From Octopus sinensis (lineage: Eukaryota): a stretch of DNA of 64,000 nucleotides. The DNA is taken from the NCBI RefSeq assembly GCF_006345805.1, contig NC_043010.1, forward strand, positions 6,820,001-6,884,000, read 5' to 3'. Below are positions 37,197 to 51,659 of the stretch, piece after piece. The first letter of the stretch is position 1, and the number at the start of each line of letters is the position of its first letter. Below the pieces are notes generated by a model. That model worked only from the letters and a program-made list of their open reading frames with translations, had not been told where the DNA came from and did not search any database. Made by a program: the position numbers and the translations under genes.

Positions 37197-39529
37197 TATA
37201 AAATAAAATGTGATCTTCTAAAATGATTGTGTATATTATTAAATAAGTAGAAATATAGTTGAAATGTATGAATATCACATCTTGAATTCTTTTCTTGGCT
37301 TTAACCATTAGACAGAAGGCGTATTCAGGCAGTATTTAAAAGGTCTCAATCATAGTGCTTATTTTTGTTTGTCTGGCAATTATTTTATCAATCTCTCTTT
37401 ATCAAATTGCTAAGTTGTTTTTTTTTAACTTAAAAGTATACTATTCAACATACTAGCTTACACTGGTAAAAATAAACATACACACACATTTGTGTTTGCA
37501 TATGTATATGGGTGCATGTGCACGTGTGTGCATGTGTCTCTATGTATGTCTGTGTGTATGTCTTAGGCAGACATTTAACTTACACACATGCATACAGGTA
37601 TGCTTGCATACATGCATATACACACATACACACACATACATACACACACATATATATATATTAGAATATATTATATGTATTATACATATATATATATATG
37701 TATTAGAATTTTCTCTGATTTTTCAGATTTTTGTATGCTAGGCTACTGGTTTTAAATTGATGTTAATTAAATTAATATTAATTTATCTCCCTCATTATTT
37801 AAATATATATTTATATATCTATATATATATATATATCACATACACACACTCACATACATACATACAATACACACTTGCATATACACATACAAGTAATCTG
37901 TCTGCTATCTTGATGAGATTTGAAGATTCAGTCATATGCAGTCTCTTTCTAAAAATAGATTTTATTTTTTGTTAGTGAATTTTTTTCCAAACAACAACCA
38001 TTATATCAAATGCTAAGTACTGGCATGTATTTACCAGATTGACCAACTGTAATAATTCCTAAACTGGATCACTGCCAATTGACCAGAAACCTTGAAATGG
38101 TTACTCAATTTAGTAGAAATCTGAGGTAAAATCTTCATCAAGTTACACTCTACTGCTTTGAAATAAGGAAGGACACATTGGATAATGTAGTCATAGGTAG
38201 ACTTTGTCTAATTTCTGGATTCAATCCCACTGTGAGGTATCATAGACAAATATCTTCTACTATAGCCCTGAGCTGACCACAGCCTTGTGAGTAGATTTGA
38301 TTGATGGAAGCTGAAAGAAGCCCATTATACATATATATGTGTGTGTGTATTTATATCCCTCTCTCTCTCTTTCGGAGAGGCACTGAGCAGCTATATGCAC
38401 ACATACACACACGGCAGTAACTTCCACCTGCCGAATTCAATCACAAAGCTTCGGTCGGCTCAGGGCTATAGTGGAAGACACCTACCCAAAGTGCCACGCA
38501 GTGGGACTGAACCCAAAACCATGTATATATATATATATATATTATATAGCCCCCATCCAACCCATGCTAGCATGAAACGGATGTTAACACACATATATAT
38601 ATATATATTATATATATAATATAATATATATGTATATATATATATATATGTTATATATATATATATATATATGTAATATATATATTATATTTATATATAT
38701 ATATAATATATATATAATATATACATACATTTGTCCTTGTGTCTCCTTGTCTTGACATAGTGTGATAATTTTAAACGAGCATCATCATGATTGCATACTG
38801 TGCCATTTATTTTGGGTTTCTGTGAAAATTAAGCCAGGTCATAGAGAGACACAAACTGGTTTGGAAACAGCTCATGATTAAACACCACAGAAAATCAGCG
38901 AAAAACAGGGCAGAATTGGTAAAATTAGCAGAGCCGTTAGAAAGTAAGCGAACTGACATTTTTGGTGTGTATAAATATATTTAGAGGGAATGTTTCAATT
39001 AGAAAGATTACAGAAAAGCATCACAGTCAATTCTTCTACATATATAATAATAATAATAATAATGGCAGTGATGGAGTTTTAGGTGTATTGATAAATAGCT
39101 GAATGTTTGAAAATGTAATCAGTATAGAAAATGTGATACCATTTAAGTGTTGTCAGACAACATTGGAAAGAATGGGAAAAAATATCTATAGCTTTGTTCA
39201 TACACATGCACACTTCTGATATCCAACCCATAAAGAGAGGATTAGCAATTGTAGATAAAGTTGTTTTATAACAATCATGGGGAAACCAATTAGAAAGATG
39301 ATGAGGGATAAGATAATCGTAAAAGAAGATTTCAAAGGCTGCTTTGCTGATTGACTGGTGTAGTTTAAATGAAGGGGAATGCAATATATATACATATATA
39401 TATATAATATATATATATATATATAAAGTTAGATATGATACATAGCACTGGCAAAATCAAGGTATTGGAAGAAGTTTTGATAATTTCTGACTGAGATATT
39501 GAAATGTCACATACAGTAATCTATTTGTG

Positions 39530-39589
<60 letters not shown>

Positions 39590-39959
39590 TACATAATACA
39601 TATATATGCATATATATACATATATATACATATATATATATATATACATATATGTACATATATATAAATATATACTTATATATACATATATGCATATATA
39701 TACATATACATATATATATTTATATATGTGTGCATGTAAATGTGAATACATGTATGTATAAATATGTGCATATATGTATTTGTGTGTGTGTGCATATACG
39801 TGTAGATATATGTTTATGTATGTGTGTGGGGGGGGGTGTGTGTTTAAATGTTTATATATATATTTACATGTATATGTCTATTTACATATGCATATACATA
39901 ATCTTATATGTATGCATGTATGTATGGTGTATGTGGGTTGAGAATGATAAAGCAAGCGT

Positions 39960-40260
39960 GGTATAGATATTCATAGAGTAGTGCTCAGATAAATGAAAAC
40001 TTAAATTCTAACTCTTTCAGGCAGAGCAGGTGCATACGCTGTAGAATGTCAGTTATAAAAGCAATCCTCATCAAGTGATTATGGATGCAAAAAGCCAATA
40101 AACGCAAGTAGGTTTGATGAATGTATTTACATGGAATACAAAATAAAGTACACAAAATAAACAAAACGAATTTTGTAAAAGTCTCATCTTGACAGCTGTT
40201 TCAGGTGAACCATAGCTTATGTCATAACCACCTCAATTACATAACAAAGACCCTTTATAT
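39960..40260 (-). mobile_element. Putative Penelope-like terminal region
   Basis: Minus strand aggtg..cacct-GAAACAGCTGTC (palindromic stem III plus GUC, typical of minimal PLE hammerheads); the CUGANGA part is decayed. Confidence 0.35.
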
Positions 40261-41014
40261 CATTAGGTATATGGAATAATATGAGTTCCTATGAATAGAA
40301 AGAAAAGAAACTTCAGGATACCTTCTAATTTCCGCTTGAATGCAATTGCTGTGGATATAATATAGTTTATAAGTGCACAGTCCTTGACAAACAACAAAAC
40401 TCCCCTAAAATGTTTAACAGCGTCTCAGTTAACTTTTATCTTTGATTTTTAGCTCACCTTAGCTAATTTCCTTAAGCCAAATGCAATAATGCTACATCAC
40501 TAGCAAACCACATTCACAACCTAAGTAATAATTATATTTTTATTGTACAACTTGGTCTGTCATCAGTCTAGGAAGCTTATTACTATCTATATTCAAAAGG
40601 GTTGATTGGATTCTTAAAACATAACCCCCATTACCTATTGAATCACAAGAGTAACGCTATTACTAATTGTGATTTTTGATCCTTGAAAACTTTTCAATTT
40701 TACCATAGATCGAAATGTCATGCTTCATTGGATCCATGCAAATCTCTACCAGCTGACTACTAGCTTCCTTAACTCACTAAATAACTAAAATCCTTTATAT
40801 GCTTCCTACATCAGATTATATTCAATCGTTATTTTCCTTAACTCACTAATGTACCACACAGTTTATTTGAACTCCTTACATTAAATTGTTCTCAGTTGTA
40901 TTCCTGTCTACATTTCTTGATATCTTTAACACACACATATATAAATGCATATATATACATGCATATACATATATACACATATATACATGCATATATATTA
41001 TATGTATACATATA

Positions 41015-41365
41015 TATAATGATAATAATATTAGGGAATATGACTCCAAACTTACAGGGAAAAATTCAATTTAGTAATACTAAATCAAATTTCACAGTAT
41101 ATAATACATGTATATAAATTAGAGAAGAACCACCATGTGGCAAATCAACAATGATATACTTAAATCATACCATATAGAAAAAATTAAAGATACAATAAAA
41201 TATTTACCTAGAACTAAATAAAGTACAAAGTAATAAATATACTATTATTTCGTACTTTATTTAGTTCTAGGTAAATGTTCTATTGTATCTTTAATTTTTT
41301 TCTTTATGGTATGATTTCAGTATATCATTGTTGAATTGCTACATGGTGGTACTTGTCTAATTTAT

Positions 41366-41375
<10 letters not shown>
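41015..41375. repeat. Fold-back: ~130-bp inverted arms (41104-41235 and 41244-41375) plus a one-sided extension
   Basis: atacatgtatataaattaga..tacctagaactaaataaagtac is the reverse complement of gtactttatttagttctaggta..tctaatttatatacatgtat. Confidence 0.9.
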
Positions 41376-41416
<41 letters not shown>

Positions 41417-41709
41417 AACACACCAAACGTGTGTGCGTGTAAAATATATTAAGCATTTACTTTTACTATATATTATTATATTCACTATAAAATTTTTTAC
41501 TATAGTTATTTACTATATGTAACAAATTAAAACATAGCCTACAATATATGAAGGCAAATCTCTAAACTCTCTCACTTGTAATTCTTCTTTCTTCATCTAT
41601 TTAAACCTGCAATGTTCCCGGATGCTTATAATTTAACAAACCTCAGCTATTTGTTTTATATATAATATATATATATATATATGTATAAATATATATATAT
41701 ATATATGTA

Positions 41710-42117
41710 TACTCTTTTACTCTTTTACTTTTTTCAGTCATTTGACTGCGGCCATGCTGGAGCACCGCCTTTAGTTGAGCAATCGACCCCGACTATTCTT
41801 TTTGTAAGCCCAGTACTTATTCTATCGGTCTCTTTTTTTGCCAAACCGCTAAGTAACGGGGACATAACACACCAGCATCGGTTTGTCAAGCAATACTAGG
41901 GGACAAACACAGACACACAAACACACATACATATATATATATATATACATATACCGACAGGCTTCTTTCAGTTTCCGTCTACCAAATCTACTCACAAGGC
42001 TTTGGTTGGCCCGAGGTTATAGCAGAAGACACTTGCCCAAGATGCCACGCAGTGGGACTGAACCCGGAACCATGTGGTTGTTAAACAAGCTACTTACCAC
42101 ACAGCCACTCCTGCGCC
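41710..42117 (-). mobile_element. Family A SINE, full length, in (TA)n
   Basis: Complete head and tail. Confidence 0.92.
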
Positions 42118-42654
42118 TATATATATATATACAGTATCAAGGTTGCTATTTTATGAGAAAACTAGACCTTCTAATATTTCTCTTATCTCAAATGTTATGC
42201 CTGTAAATCACAGGCATAAAGGCTACAACTCAACATTTACTGAAAGAAGAAAAAAAACAAAGAAAAAATCTAGGGAATCAAATGATAAGTGTGCCTTTAC
42301 TGAAACATGTAAAGAAAGGAAGGGTCACAGTTGATTGTTGATTTGCTGAAATGGATCACAATGATAAGAGGTTTGAGAATATCAGAATAGAGAAAAGCAA
42401 TAATGATTCTGATGTTGATAAAGGATATGACATGATGATGATGATGACAATGGTGATATTGGTGATGATGATGAGGAGGATAGTAATGTTGAAAATGAAG
42501 ATAATTATCATTGGCTACAAACAATTATAATGATGGGTGTGATATCCATGGCAATGATAGTGATAACATCAATTTCAATGATTCTTGCTAAGTGTAAAGA
42601 TGACAACAAAATAATGACTATAATTGGAATTTAAATAAATAATAAAAATTTATG

Positions 42655-43240
42655 TATTTTTAACCCTTGGTCAGTTCTCATTAAGGAAACCTAGAACTAT
42701 GATCAAAAACATTTCAGCAATGACCATCCTAGCTTGTTTACAAGGATAATGGGACATTATGTCTAGGACTACATTATCAGACATTACTTTCCTTAATTCA
42801 AAACTGGAGAGTGTAATTTCAAGGTGACATGACTGTAATTTCTAGCATTGTGGATGTCCACATAGAGCTTCTTTTGTTGGTGTAAACGTTTTTTTTTTCA
42901 TTTTTTTTTTTCACTTGTTCAGCCATTGGACTGTAGCCAGTACATATTTTAAAGTCTGGCATCTATTTTATTGCTCTCATTTGCTGAACTGCTAAGTTAC
43001 AGAAACATAAACAAACCAACACTGGTTTCCAAGCAGTAGATGTGGGCAAACACACACACACACACACATATATTCTTTCTCACTCTCTCTCACACACACA
43101 CATTTATAGCAGTCTTCTACACAGATTCCATCTACCAAATTCATTCCCAGGCATTGGACATTCTGTAACTTAGAAGACATTTGCTTATGTAGTGGGACTG
43201 AACCCAAAACCTAGTGGTTGCAAAGCCTCTTAACTACATA
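42655..43240 (-). mobile_element. Old family E (42655-42875) and family A (42905-43240) copies
   Basis: ctatgatcaaa..catt..tgaccatcc; gctgaactgctaagttac..agtgggactgaaccc. Confidence 0.65.
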
Positions 43241-43594
43241 GCAAAAGTTTTGGAGCTCAATTCATAATTAATAAGGAAAGAAAATTTTGCATGCAACCAT
43301 ATAAAATCTATTATTTACCAAGATGTTGGACATGCTTCAAAGCTTAAAAGCCATCTTAATTTTGCTAAATAATTTTTCTGACTCCTTTTCGGTTGTTACA
43401 GTCCCAACCCAATTCCATGAGAAACACAGAATCGGAATAACTCAAAAAACGTGGCTGCTACTTATTTTACAGACTCTGACTGGAATCGAACGTCAAACAA
43501 AACCAGACAAAACTAATGCTACAAAGCATTTTGTTCGCTACTCAGTCACTTGTTCTGTCAATTTACTGGTCTCAGAAAGAATGAGTTATATGGG

Positions 43595-43798
43595 CTTCAA
43601 ATTTGGGCACAAAACCAGTAATTTCAGAGAGGGGTTAATTTGCTTACATCGACCCCAGTGCTCAACTGGTACTTATTTTATTGATGATGAAAGGATGTAA
43701 AGCAAAGTCGACATTGGTAGAATCTGAACTTAGAATGTAAAGACATATCAAATGCTGCTAAGCATTTTGTCTGGCATGTTCTACTAGCTCACTGCCTT
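43595..43798 (-). mobile_element. Family C SINE
   Basis: ttcaaatttgggcacaa..gaccccagtgctcaactggtac..ctaagcattttg. Confidence 0.8.
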
Positions 43799-43812
43799 AG
43801 AAGGAATTACTA

Positions 43813-44378
43813 TTGGGTTGTCCAGAAAGTTCGTGCCGATTTATAGTAACTTACCTTTTGACTTATTTTAGAACATGGTTGAGTCCATAAAACACGATTT
43901 GACTACACCTCCATTTAGAGTACAGTTTAAGCTGTCTTTTCATGGAAGAAGGTTTATGTTCCTTTAACCTGTGTTAATTCTGTAACCCTTTAAAATGGAA
44001 GATAAGAAAGTTCATTTTCAGCACTTGATGCTTTGGGAACCAGACAAAAATTGCTGCAGCTCGACTGGGATGCGTTACCCTACCCTCCATATTCACCAGA
44101 TATTGCTCCTTCAGATTTCCACTTATTCAGGTCTCTGCAGAATAGTCTTAATGGTAAAAATTTCAATTTCTTGGATGACATAAAAAAATACCTTGATGAA
44201 TTCTTTGCCATGAAACCCCCTCAATTCTGGGAAGAGGGTATTTTCAAGTTAAAGGAAAGATGGAGACGCATTGTGCAACAAAATGGTTTATATTTGGTCG
44301 ATTAAAAATGTAATGGCAAGCATTTATTGACCTTTTTCTTTCCTTTAAAAATTGGCACGAACTTTCCAGACAACCCAA
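43813..44378 (+). mobile_element. Non-autonomous mariner (566 bp) with the same deletion as 16507
   Basis: TA|ttgggttgtccagaaagttcgtgcc ... ggcacgaactttccagacaacccaa|TA; PPYSPDIAPSDFHLF motif. Confidence 0.95.
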
Positions 44379-44796
44379 TAATATTAAGCATGTTTGATCA
44401 TATCTATGACTATTTGGACTCTCTACTTAAGAGATTGATAGGGTCTTTTTCCTCTTAGCCAGCTTAGGATTCTCTATATTTTGTACATAAACTATGAAAT
44501 GTTTATATGCACGTCTCTCAGAGTTTGGTGTTGGGTTGCAGCCATTAGTGTATATGCATGTGTATATGCATTTGTGTGTGTATGTATGTGTGCATGTGTG
44601 TGTGTGTATTTAATTATATATTCCTTCCTACCCTCTTCTCCTCACATCTCACGATCTCTCACACACGCACAATTTCACATTCTCTGTTGATCATGAATAT
44701 GTCATAGGGTTCATGAACCTTATAAATCATAAATAGAAAGAAGCACAGTAACATATATGTGTGCAAAAGGTTAAGCTTTGTCTCTCTTTGTCTCTT

Positions 44797-44833
<37 letters not shown>

Positions 44834-45415
44834 TAAAACATACATCCATACACATTATGCACTTGTAGACATACAAATGTGTGCCCATAGAAATATATGT
44901 GTATGCATATATAATTGAGAAACCAGATTTAGATCTTGCCATGATGATGCTATCATAAATTAAACCTTAAACTGGCTATGTTACCCTGCAGATTTCAATC
45001 AAATCAATTTTTTTTGTTTACGCTTATTTTGTTTACTTCTTTTATTTCTCTCAGTAATTATGTTCAGCTAGAATATAATTAAATTTCAGTTCCATAACAT
45101 TAGACATTAAATTTAAATTAAATCGAAATTGGCCACATTTATTGAAATTTATCAAACAATCAAGAAGAATTTTAGACACAGCTGTTGTGAATGATAACAA
45201 TATTTTTGAAACTCTGTTTATTTTCCCATCTTTCTCTACTAAATACACTTGTAATGTTTCCATTGTTATTATTCAATTATTTCGAAACAGAGATAACACT
45301 GTACATAGTAATTTCAGCATATATGTGTTAATGTTCACACATATAGAAATCCACTGATTAGAACATGCATTTAACATCATGCATTGATATTATATTCAAG
45401 TAACACTTTGAAAAG

Positions 45416-45895
45416 TGTGTGTTTGTGTGTGAGTATGTGTTTTTGTGAATGCATGTATGTGTATGAATATATATATACGCATACACACACGTGTGTCTGT
45501 ATTTGGCTGAGTGAATATATGTGTCTGTACGTATCTGTGTGTTTGTGTGTGAGTATGTGTTTTTGTGAATGCATGTATGTGTATGAATATATATATATGC
45601 ATACACACATGTGTGTGTATTTGGCTGAGTGTATATATGTGCCTGTACGTATCTGTGTGTTTGTGTGTGAGTATGTGTTTTTGTGAATGCATGTATGTGT
45701 ATGAATATATATATACGCATACACACATGTGTGTGTATTTGGCTGAGTGTATATATGTGTCTGTACGTATCTGTGTGTTTGTGTGTGAGTATGTGTTTTT
45801 GTGAATGCATGTATGTGTATGAATATATATACGCATACACACATGTGTGTGTATTTGGCTGAGTGTATATATGTGTCTGTACGTATCTGTGTGTG
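45416..45895. repeat. ~118-bp tandem repeat x4 built from microsatellite-like sequence
   Basis: gtatttggctgagtg..ctgtacgtatc recurs at ~118-bp spacing. Confidence 0.92.
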
Positions 45896-47236
45896 TGTGT
45901 GTGGGTGTGTGTTTACCTTCACATAATCACAATAACAAATAATACTTCACACACCGGCAATATTTGCATAGAAACGTACAATAACTATTGCTGTTTAAGC
46001 CTACATTTATGTGTATGCATAAATACATACATTGCAGTATAAAAACTATTAGTATATGAATGTTTATATATGTATATATATGTGTGTGTGTGTGTGTGTT
46101 GTGTGTGTGTGTACATACATTAGTGTATGAGAATGATTCGGCTTTTGCCAGCCTCTTTAGGTCAGTTCATTGTCAACGTGCGTGAACATTATTTCATGCA
46201 TGTATTCATTACATTCTCATTCAGTGCGGAATTTTGCGTTAACCGACCTATTACATTAACATTTCCATTGAAGTCACCTATGCATTTACCAACATCACAC
46301 ACAATATAAGAACACTCACTGCAAAATGTTACACAATATACATCGCTTATGGGCTCTCTTCACTGAATAATTAGCTAGAGTTTTACATACTTTACCAATT
46401 TCCTTTTATAGCTACATGTCTTCATGTAGCCATAGACCAAATGTTGCAATATGTTTTACTTAAAATATAAACATTCTTGCATTATTTCACCACACACACA
46501 CACACTTAACTTGTACAGAAAGCAGAAGTCAGCCTCACATAAACACTTCATAAAAAGTGATATAACAGCTATGTCAAACATGCCAATACCTCAGATCCAG
46601 AAAAATTATACCAAAAGAAAAGGGGAAAAAAAAATCCATGGTAAAAAGAAAACCCCTGTAACAAACAAACAAATATTCTTGAAAAATCAGTTAGAATTGC
46701 TTGTATACAAGGTTTCAAGTGATCTGGATGATTGCTGGAAAGTAAACAAAACACAGTGCTCCTCCTTACAGCCAGATTATGTATCGTACGATCCCTAGGC
46801 AATTAAATTCCTAGAAAAGAAATCTCTTTTCTCAACAAAATTTTAATTCTTCTGTTATTGATTTGTCTCATAATCTTCATGCAAAACACTAGACATTCAA
46901 ACTAAATATTACACACACACAAACACACATACACACACATGTGTTTGTGTGTTTGTGTATATATGTGAGTGTTTCTCTGTGTGTGTATGATATTTATATA
47001 TATGTACACATGTCTGCATAATACATATATGTATATATATGTGTGTATATATATATATATGTTTATATATGTATATATATATATACGTACATAAGTGTGT
47101 GTGTATGTGTGTATGTGCGCATATGCACATACATAACCACAAACTTTAACATTTGCATGTACATGTTTACATATGATACACATATATATATGCATATATA
47201 TATATACATATATGCATCCATCTACATACCCACTCC

Positions 47237-47275
<39 letters not shown>

Positions 47276-47737
47276 TATATATAATATATATATATATATA
47301 TTATATATACATACATAATATACACACACTCAGGATCAAACATACATGTACATTTCTGTCCTGACAGAAAGGGTATGGTTGACTCTAAGTATAATACTTG
47401 AAACAAATCATGTATATAACCTGATTTCCTTTTGCTGGGATCAAGGTCCCACTCCTGTTTGTTTGTTTGTTTGTTTTTGTTTTTTTCCTCCTTTTATAAG
47501 GAACACAGGTATAGTTGACTGAAGGAATGAAATGTAAAGACTCTGGCAGGCTTTGAACTGGGAAATATGACTCATGAAGTTATATACTATAAAGCCTTCT
47601 GTTCACTCCCCTTTCAGCACACTAGACTTTCTCAACTTAGAAAGCAATATATGTATGTGTGTATGCAAATATGTATTTGTATACATATATAATACAAAAA
47701 CACACACACACAAACATAAATACATACATGCATACAT

Positions 47738-47772
<35 letters not shown>

Positions 47773-47858
47773 CCCACAAATGCACATATATATATATGTA
47801 TATACACATGTGTGTGCATGAATACATATAGATGGACACACACACATGCACATCTCTT

Positions 47859-47921
<63 letters not shown>

Positions 47922-49050
47922 GTTTGTATTTATAAACACATATACAAATAAACAAACAAAGTAAAGAAGGAGGAAAGAAAGAGAGAGAGAGATAAAGTAT
48001 ATGCAGAACCACATATAGAATTAAACATACGGAAACAGAATGTTATGTTAAAGATAAATAAAACATTGATCTAACCAAGATGTATCCTAAGATTTCATTG
48101 AAGATAAATTTATATCAAAAGTTACATCAAAATGGTCTGTTTGAAAGCTATTGATTTTTAAATGCTTTACAATATCATAGAAATTACTGTAATAACTAAA
48201 ATACCATTCCTCTGAATGCAGTCAGCTTTAACAGTGTGTGTATGTGTGTATGCATATTATATATATGTATGTATATGTATATATGACATGAGACATATTT
48301 ATGTCATATATAAAATTTATGTTGTTATAAATGCATGTTTATATACAAACCTGCATTGATCATTTGATGTCTTTAAATAGTTATTGAAATATAATTATAG
48401 ATGCTAGTTTACAAATGAACATGTATGTATTTGTATGTGTATAATAAGAAAGAAAGAGAGAGAGAGAGAGAGAGAGGGTTAGCCAGTGGCTGTGTGTTTG
48501 TTCGTGGCTTAGTAAACGAATGTGTATGAACATATTAATGTTATCTGATGGTTCATATCTGTATAATGGTGTCTTGGCTACGGCTTTGGTTTGCAATATA
48601 TATATTTTCAGAGTAGCTATTTAAATTCACAATATAAATGTATCTGTGTGCATATGCATGACTGCATGCATGAATGCTTGCCTTTTGATGTCTAACTTGA
48701 GGGAGAAGCAATCTCTGTTTGTCCCAAAGAAGATTTTTTAATATTTTTTATTATATTTCTTTTATATTTTCTATTATATTTTTTTTATTACTTTGGTGTC
48801 TGGACATATGCAAATATACACTTGATCCTTGATTTTCATGACTTATTGTTTCTGCAAGTCACCGTGTAAATCAAAACTGATATAAAGTGAAGGAGATACA
48901 CTTCTAATGAATTATTAATAAAAATCACAAGCAATATGTAAATAGTATTTGTTGAAATGCTTCTAGAAAATACAGTTATCAGGCGTGTGTGTGTGAATAT
49001 ATTTATGTATATGTGTATGTGTTTGTGTATGTGTGTGTGTATATGTATAC

Positions 49051-49091
<41 letters not shown>

Positions 49092-49561
49092 GCATATGTA
49101 TATATGCATATGTATGTATGTATGTGGTGGAAGTCAAGTCATGATTGAATAAGATCACTTCTTAAACTTAGTATGTCTGTGAAAATATTCTGACAGTCCA
49201 AGGAGTTTTTGTGTGAGAATTTTTTTTTTTAGTGGGTAAAGTATTCCACAGTACTTTTCCGTGCAATCAGCCATAAAAACCAATGGCACAGCAGAGTGTG
49301 AAACAACCAGAAACCAACGGCTTTTCCATCTAAGTTTGCCTTCTCCTAGAAAGAAGTTGCAACAAAAACTAGGACTTCTTCACTCCTAGTTCTTTACATG
49401 TTGATTAACTTATAGCTGGAACCTTAGCAGGTGCTACTACTTCAAGTCAGAATAGAACTGGGAACAATAGTGGCTAAGAGGTGGTTTCACACTCCTTAAA
49501 ACCCTGGAACTCCTGCATTAGTGCCCCACAACCTGATACAGTTTAAAAACTGTTGTAATAT

Positions 49562-50836
49562 TGTTATATTCCTTTTTATGTTGGATTATTATATGGCCAC
49601 TTTGGTATACAGTATACTTAGTAACACCAGTAAAGACATGACTATCTATGACTACCTACTTCGTTCTCTGGTACTTCACATACTTCTCTTTATTTATAGT
49701 GACTAGGCTATTCCCTTTGTCACATGAGAGGGTTGTACCATTATTACTAATTCCCTACAACATCTCCTCTTTTCAGTTTTTCTTAGGAGGTGTCATTTTA
49801 TTTAGCCATAATTTTTTTATTCACCCTACCTCCCTATTTTGAACTTTTTTTTCATACAATTCAATATTTTTTGTGCTTGGCATCTATTTTAAGGAACTCT
49901 ATATGTTTTCTTTTCCTCTCACTTGTACACCTAGATTCAATCAACTACATTGGTGTTGATACTTAGAATGTATCATACAGCCATTCCATCGGTTCCTCCA
50001 TCTTCTTTGGTTTGCTTTCCATGAATCTCTTTTTCAGTTGGTTCCTGTGTCTCTTTTGTATGCCTTTTCTACTTTTTACCCTATACTTTATTTTACCAAA
50101 GCATTTGGTAATGTTTATATCTGAAGGTTTTCTCAGGAATACATAATTAGTGTATCGTTCATGTTCTGTTGCCACCAGTTTTCTCAAGATTAAGCACGTT
50201 TTCAGTCTTTATATTCTTTATCAAAGATTTGCTCATTTCTTCTGTAGTATGCTTTGAAGGTATCTCCTTCGTCAGATTCGTATTTGAACTCTGTTATGGA
50301 GTTTGCAATATAGTCTGTCGAAAGCACTTTTTCTGACTTTCCTGAATTCAGTAATTGCAGCATTTTTTGTTGTTGTTGCTTCTGTTGTTGCTCTTGCAGT
50401 TGTATCTGCTGCTGTTGTTGTTGTTGTTGCTTCAGCTGTTGTTCTTAAGTTGTAACTGCTGCTGTTGTTGTTCTTTCAGTTGCTGTTGTTACTGCTTTTG
50501 CAACTCAAGCAAACCAGTCAACAAATTTTCCATAATCTTACAATTTTTTCGTAAAATTCAATCAACAAAATTTTGTGAGTTTATCAACTCCTCTTCAAGT
50601 CTATTAATTCCATCTAAATTGGTTTATCCTCATTGCCACTGTTATAATCCTTTAAAATGTTGGATTATTATACGCCTACCTTGGTATACAGTATACTTAG
50701 TAAAACCAGTAAAGACTACCTCTGACCACCTACTATATATTCTGGTGCTTCACATACTTTTCTTTACTTATAGTGACTAGGCTATTCCATTCGTAACATG
50801 GGAGGGATGTACCATTATTACTAATTCCCGACAACA
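49562..50836 (-). mobile_element. Internally deleted Ty3/Gypsy (Mag-like) LTR retrotransposon
   Basis: LTRs 50640-50836 and 49562-49762 (TG..CA); TSD AATAT on both sides; PBS tggcaatgaggat (50626-50638); PPT aaaagaggaga (49763-49773); Gag-like SITEFKYESDEGDTFKAYYRR..LRKLVATEHERYTNY. Confidence 0.92.
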
Positions 50837-51179
50837 AATATGGAGTTTTATCTTCTATCCAAAGAGCTTTTTTTCACTTGTTACAACATATGCATAATGT
50901 ATGTTTCAAAGTTACTGAAGCTCCAGTGGTTATTCTGATTTTGATGTGTCCTTAATTTTTTTTAGCATTGTCCTACCAATTACTTTTGTTTGTAATAAAC
51001 TGTTCATTGTTCTTGTTGAACACTTTATACTTTGAATGTTATTTACTATATTATTATAATTTCTAAAGTTGACTTTATTGATGTTCAAAACTCTATTATT
51101 CAGTTTTTTAAATACTTAACAAATAACGGGGGTGTGAACAATGAATAGACAGAGTTATGAAAGTAAAGAGTCAGGTTTG

Positions 51180-51560
51180 AAAAGGCTGGAAAGAAGGGAG
51201 CACTAGAAAATTATACCAAGTAGTTAGAAAAGGAGCTAGGTGACAGGTTTACTTAACAAGGGCAGAAGCAGATTGATTAACTCATTTTTTAAAAGTTGAA
51301 TCTGACATGGAATTAGAAAAGAAATTCCTGGTGTGAAAGCAAAACCTGGAATGAAATGGCCATGCATTTAACTTAACAAAGATCTTTTAGTAAGTAGGAA
51401 AATAGTAAAGAGTCAATTCTCCTGACAGAATTCTCAAGTCAATTCTCAAGTTGTAGAAAAAAGAAAGTAGAAATTCTGTAGGGTTTACCTAGTGAAAACT
51501 ATGGACACAAAAGAGGCACAGTGCAATCGAATCACAGGAAGATTACCAGAGTAAACAGAC
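51180..51560 (-). mobile_element. Very degenerate CR1/Jockey-like 3' fragment
   Basis: ..FFSNSMSDSTFKK*VN loosely fits the ORF2 end. Confidence 0.3.
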
Positions 51561-51659
51561 TTTGTATGTGGCAAATGTTCAGAATCAATGCACTCTAGCA
51601 ACACATGGGAAACAGACTCAGAATGTTACCTAAAGGAAGGAGATAGTTTCAGTTACCTC

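Noticed and set aside
49963-50187. ORF first read as a Dong/R4 fragment or host exon
   Set aside because: It lies between the LTRs and is a gag/pol-end fusion.
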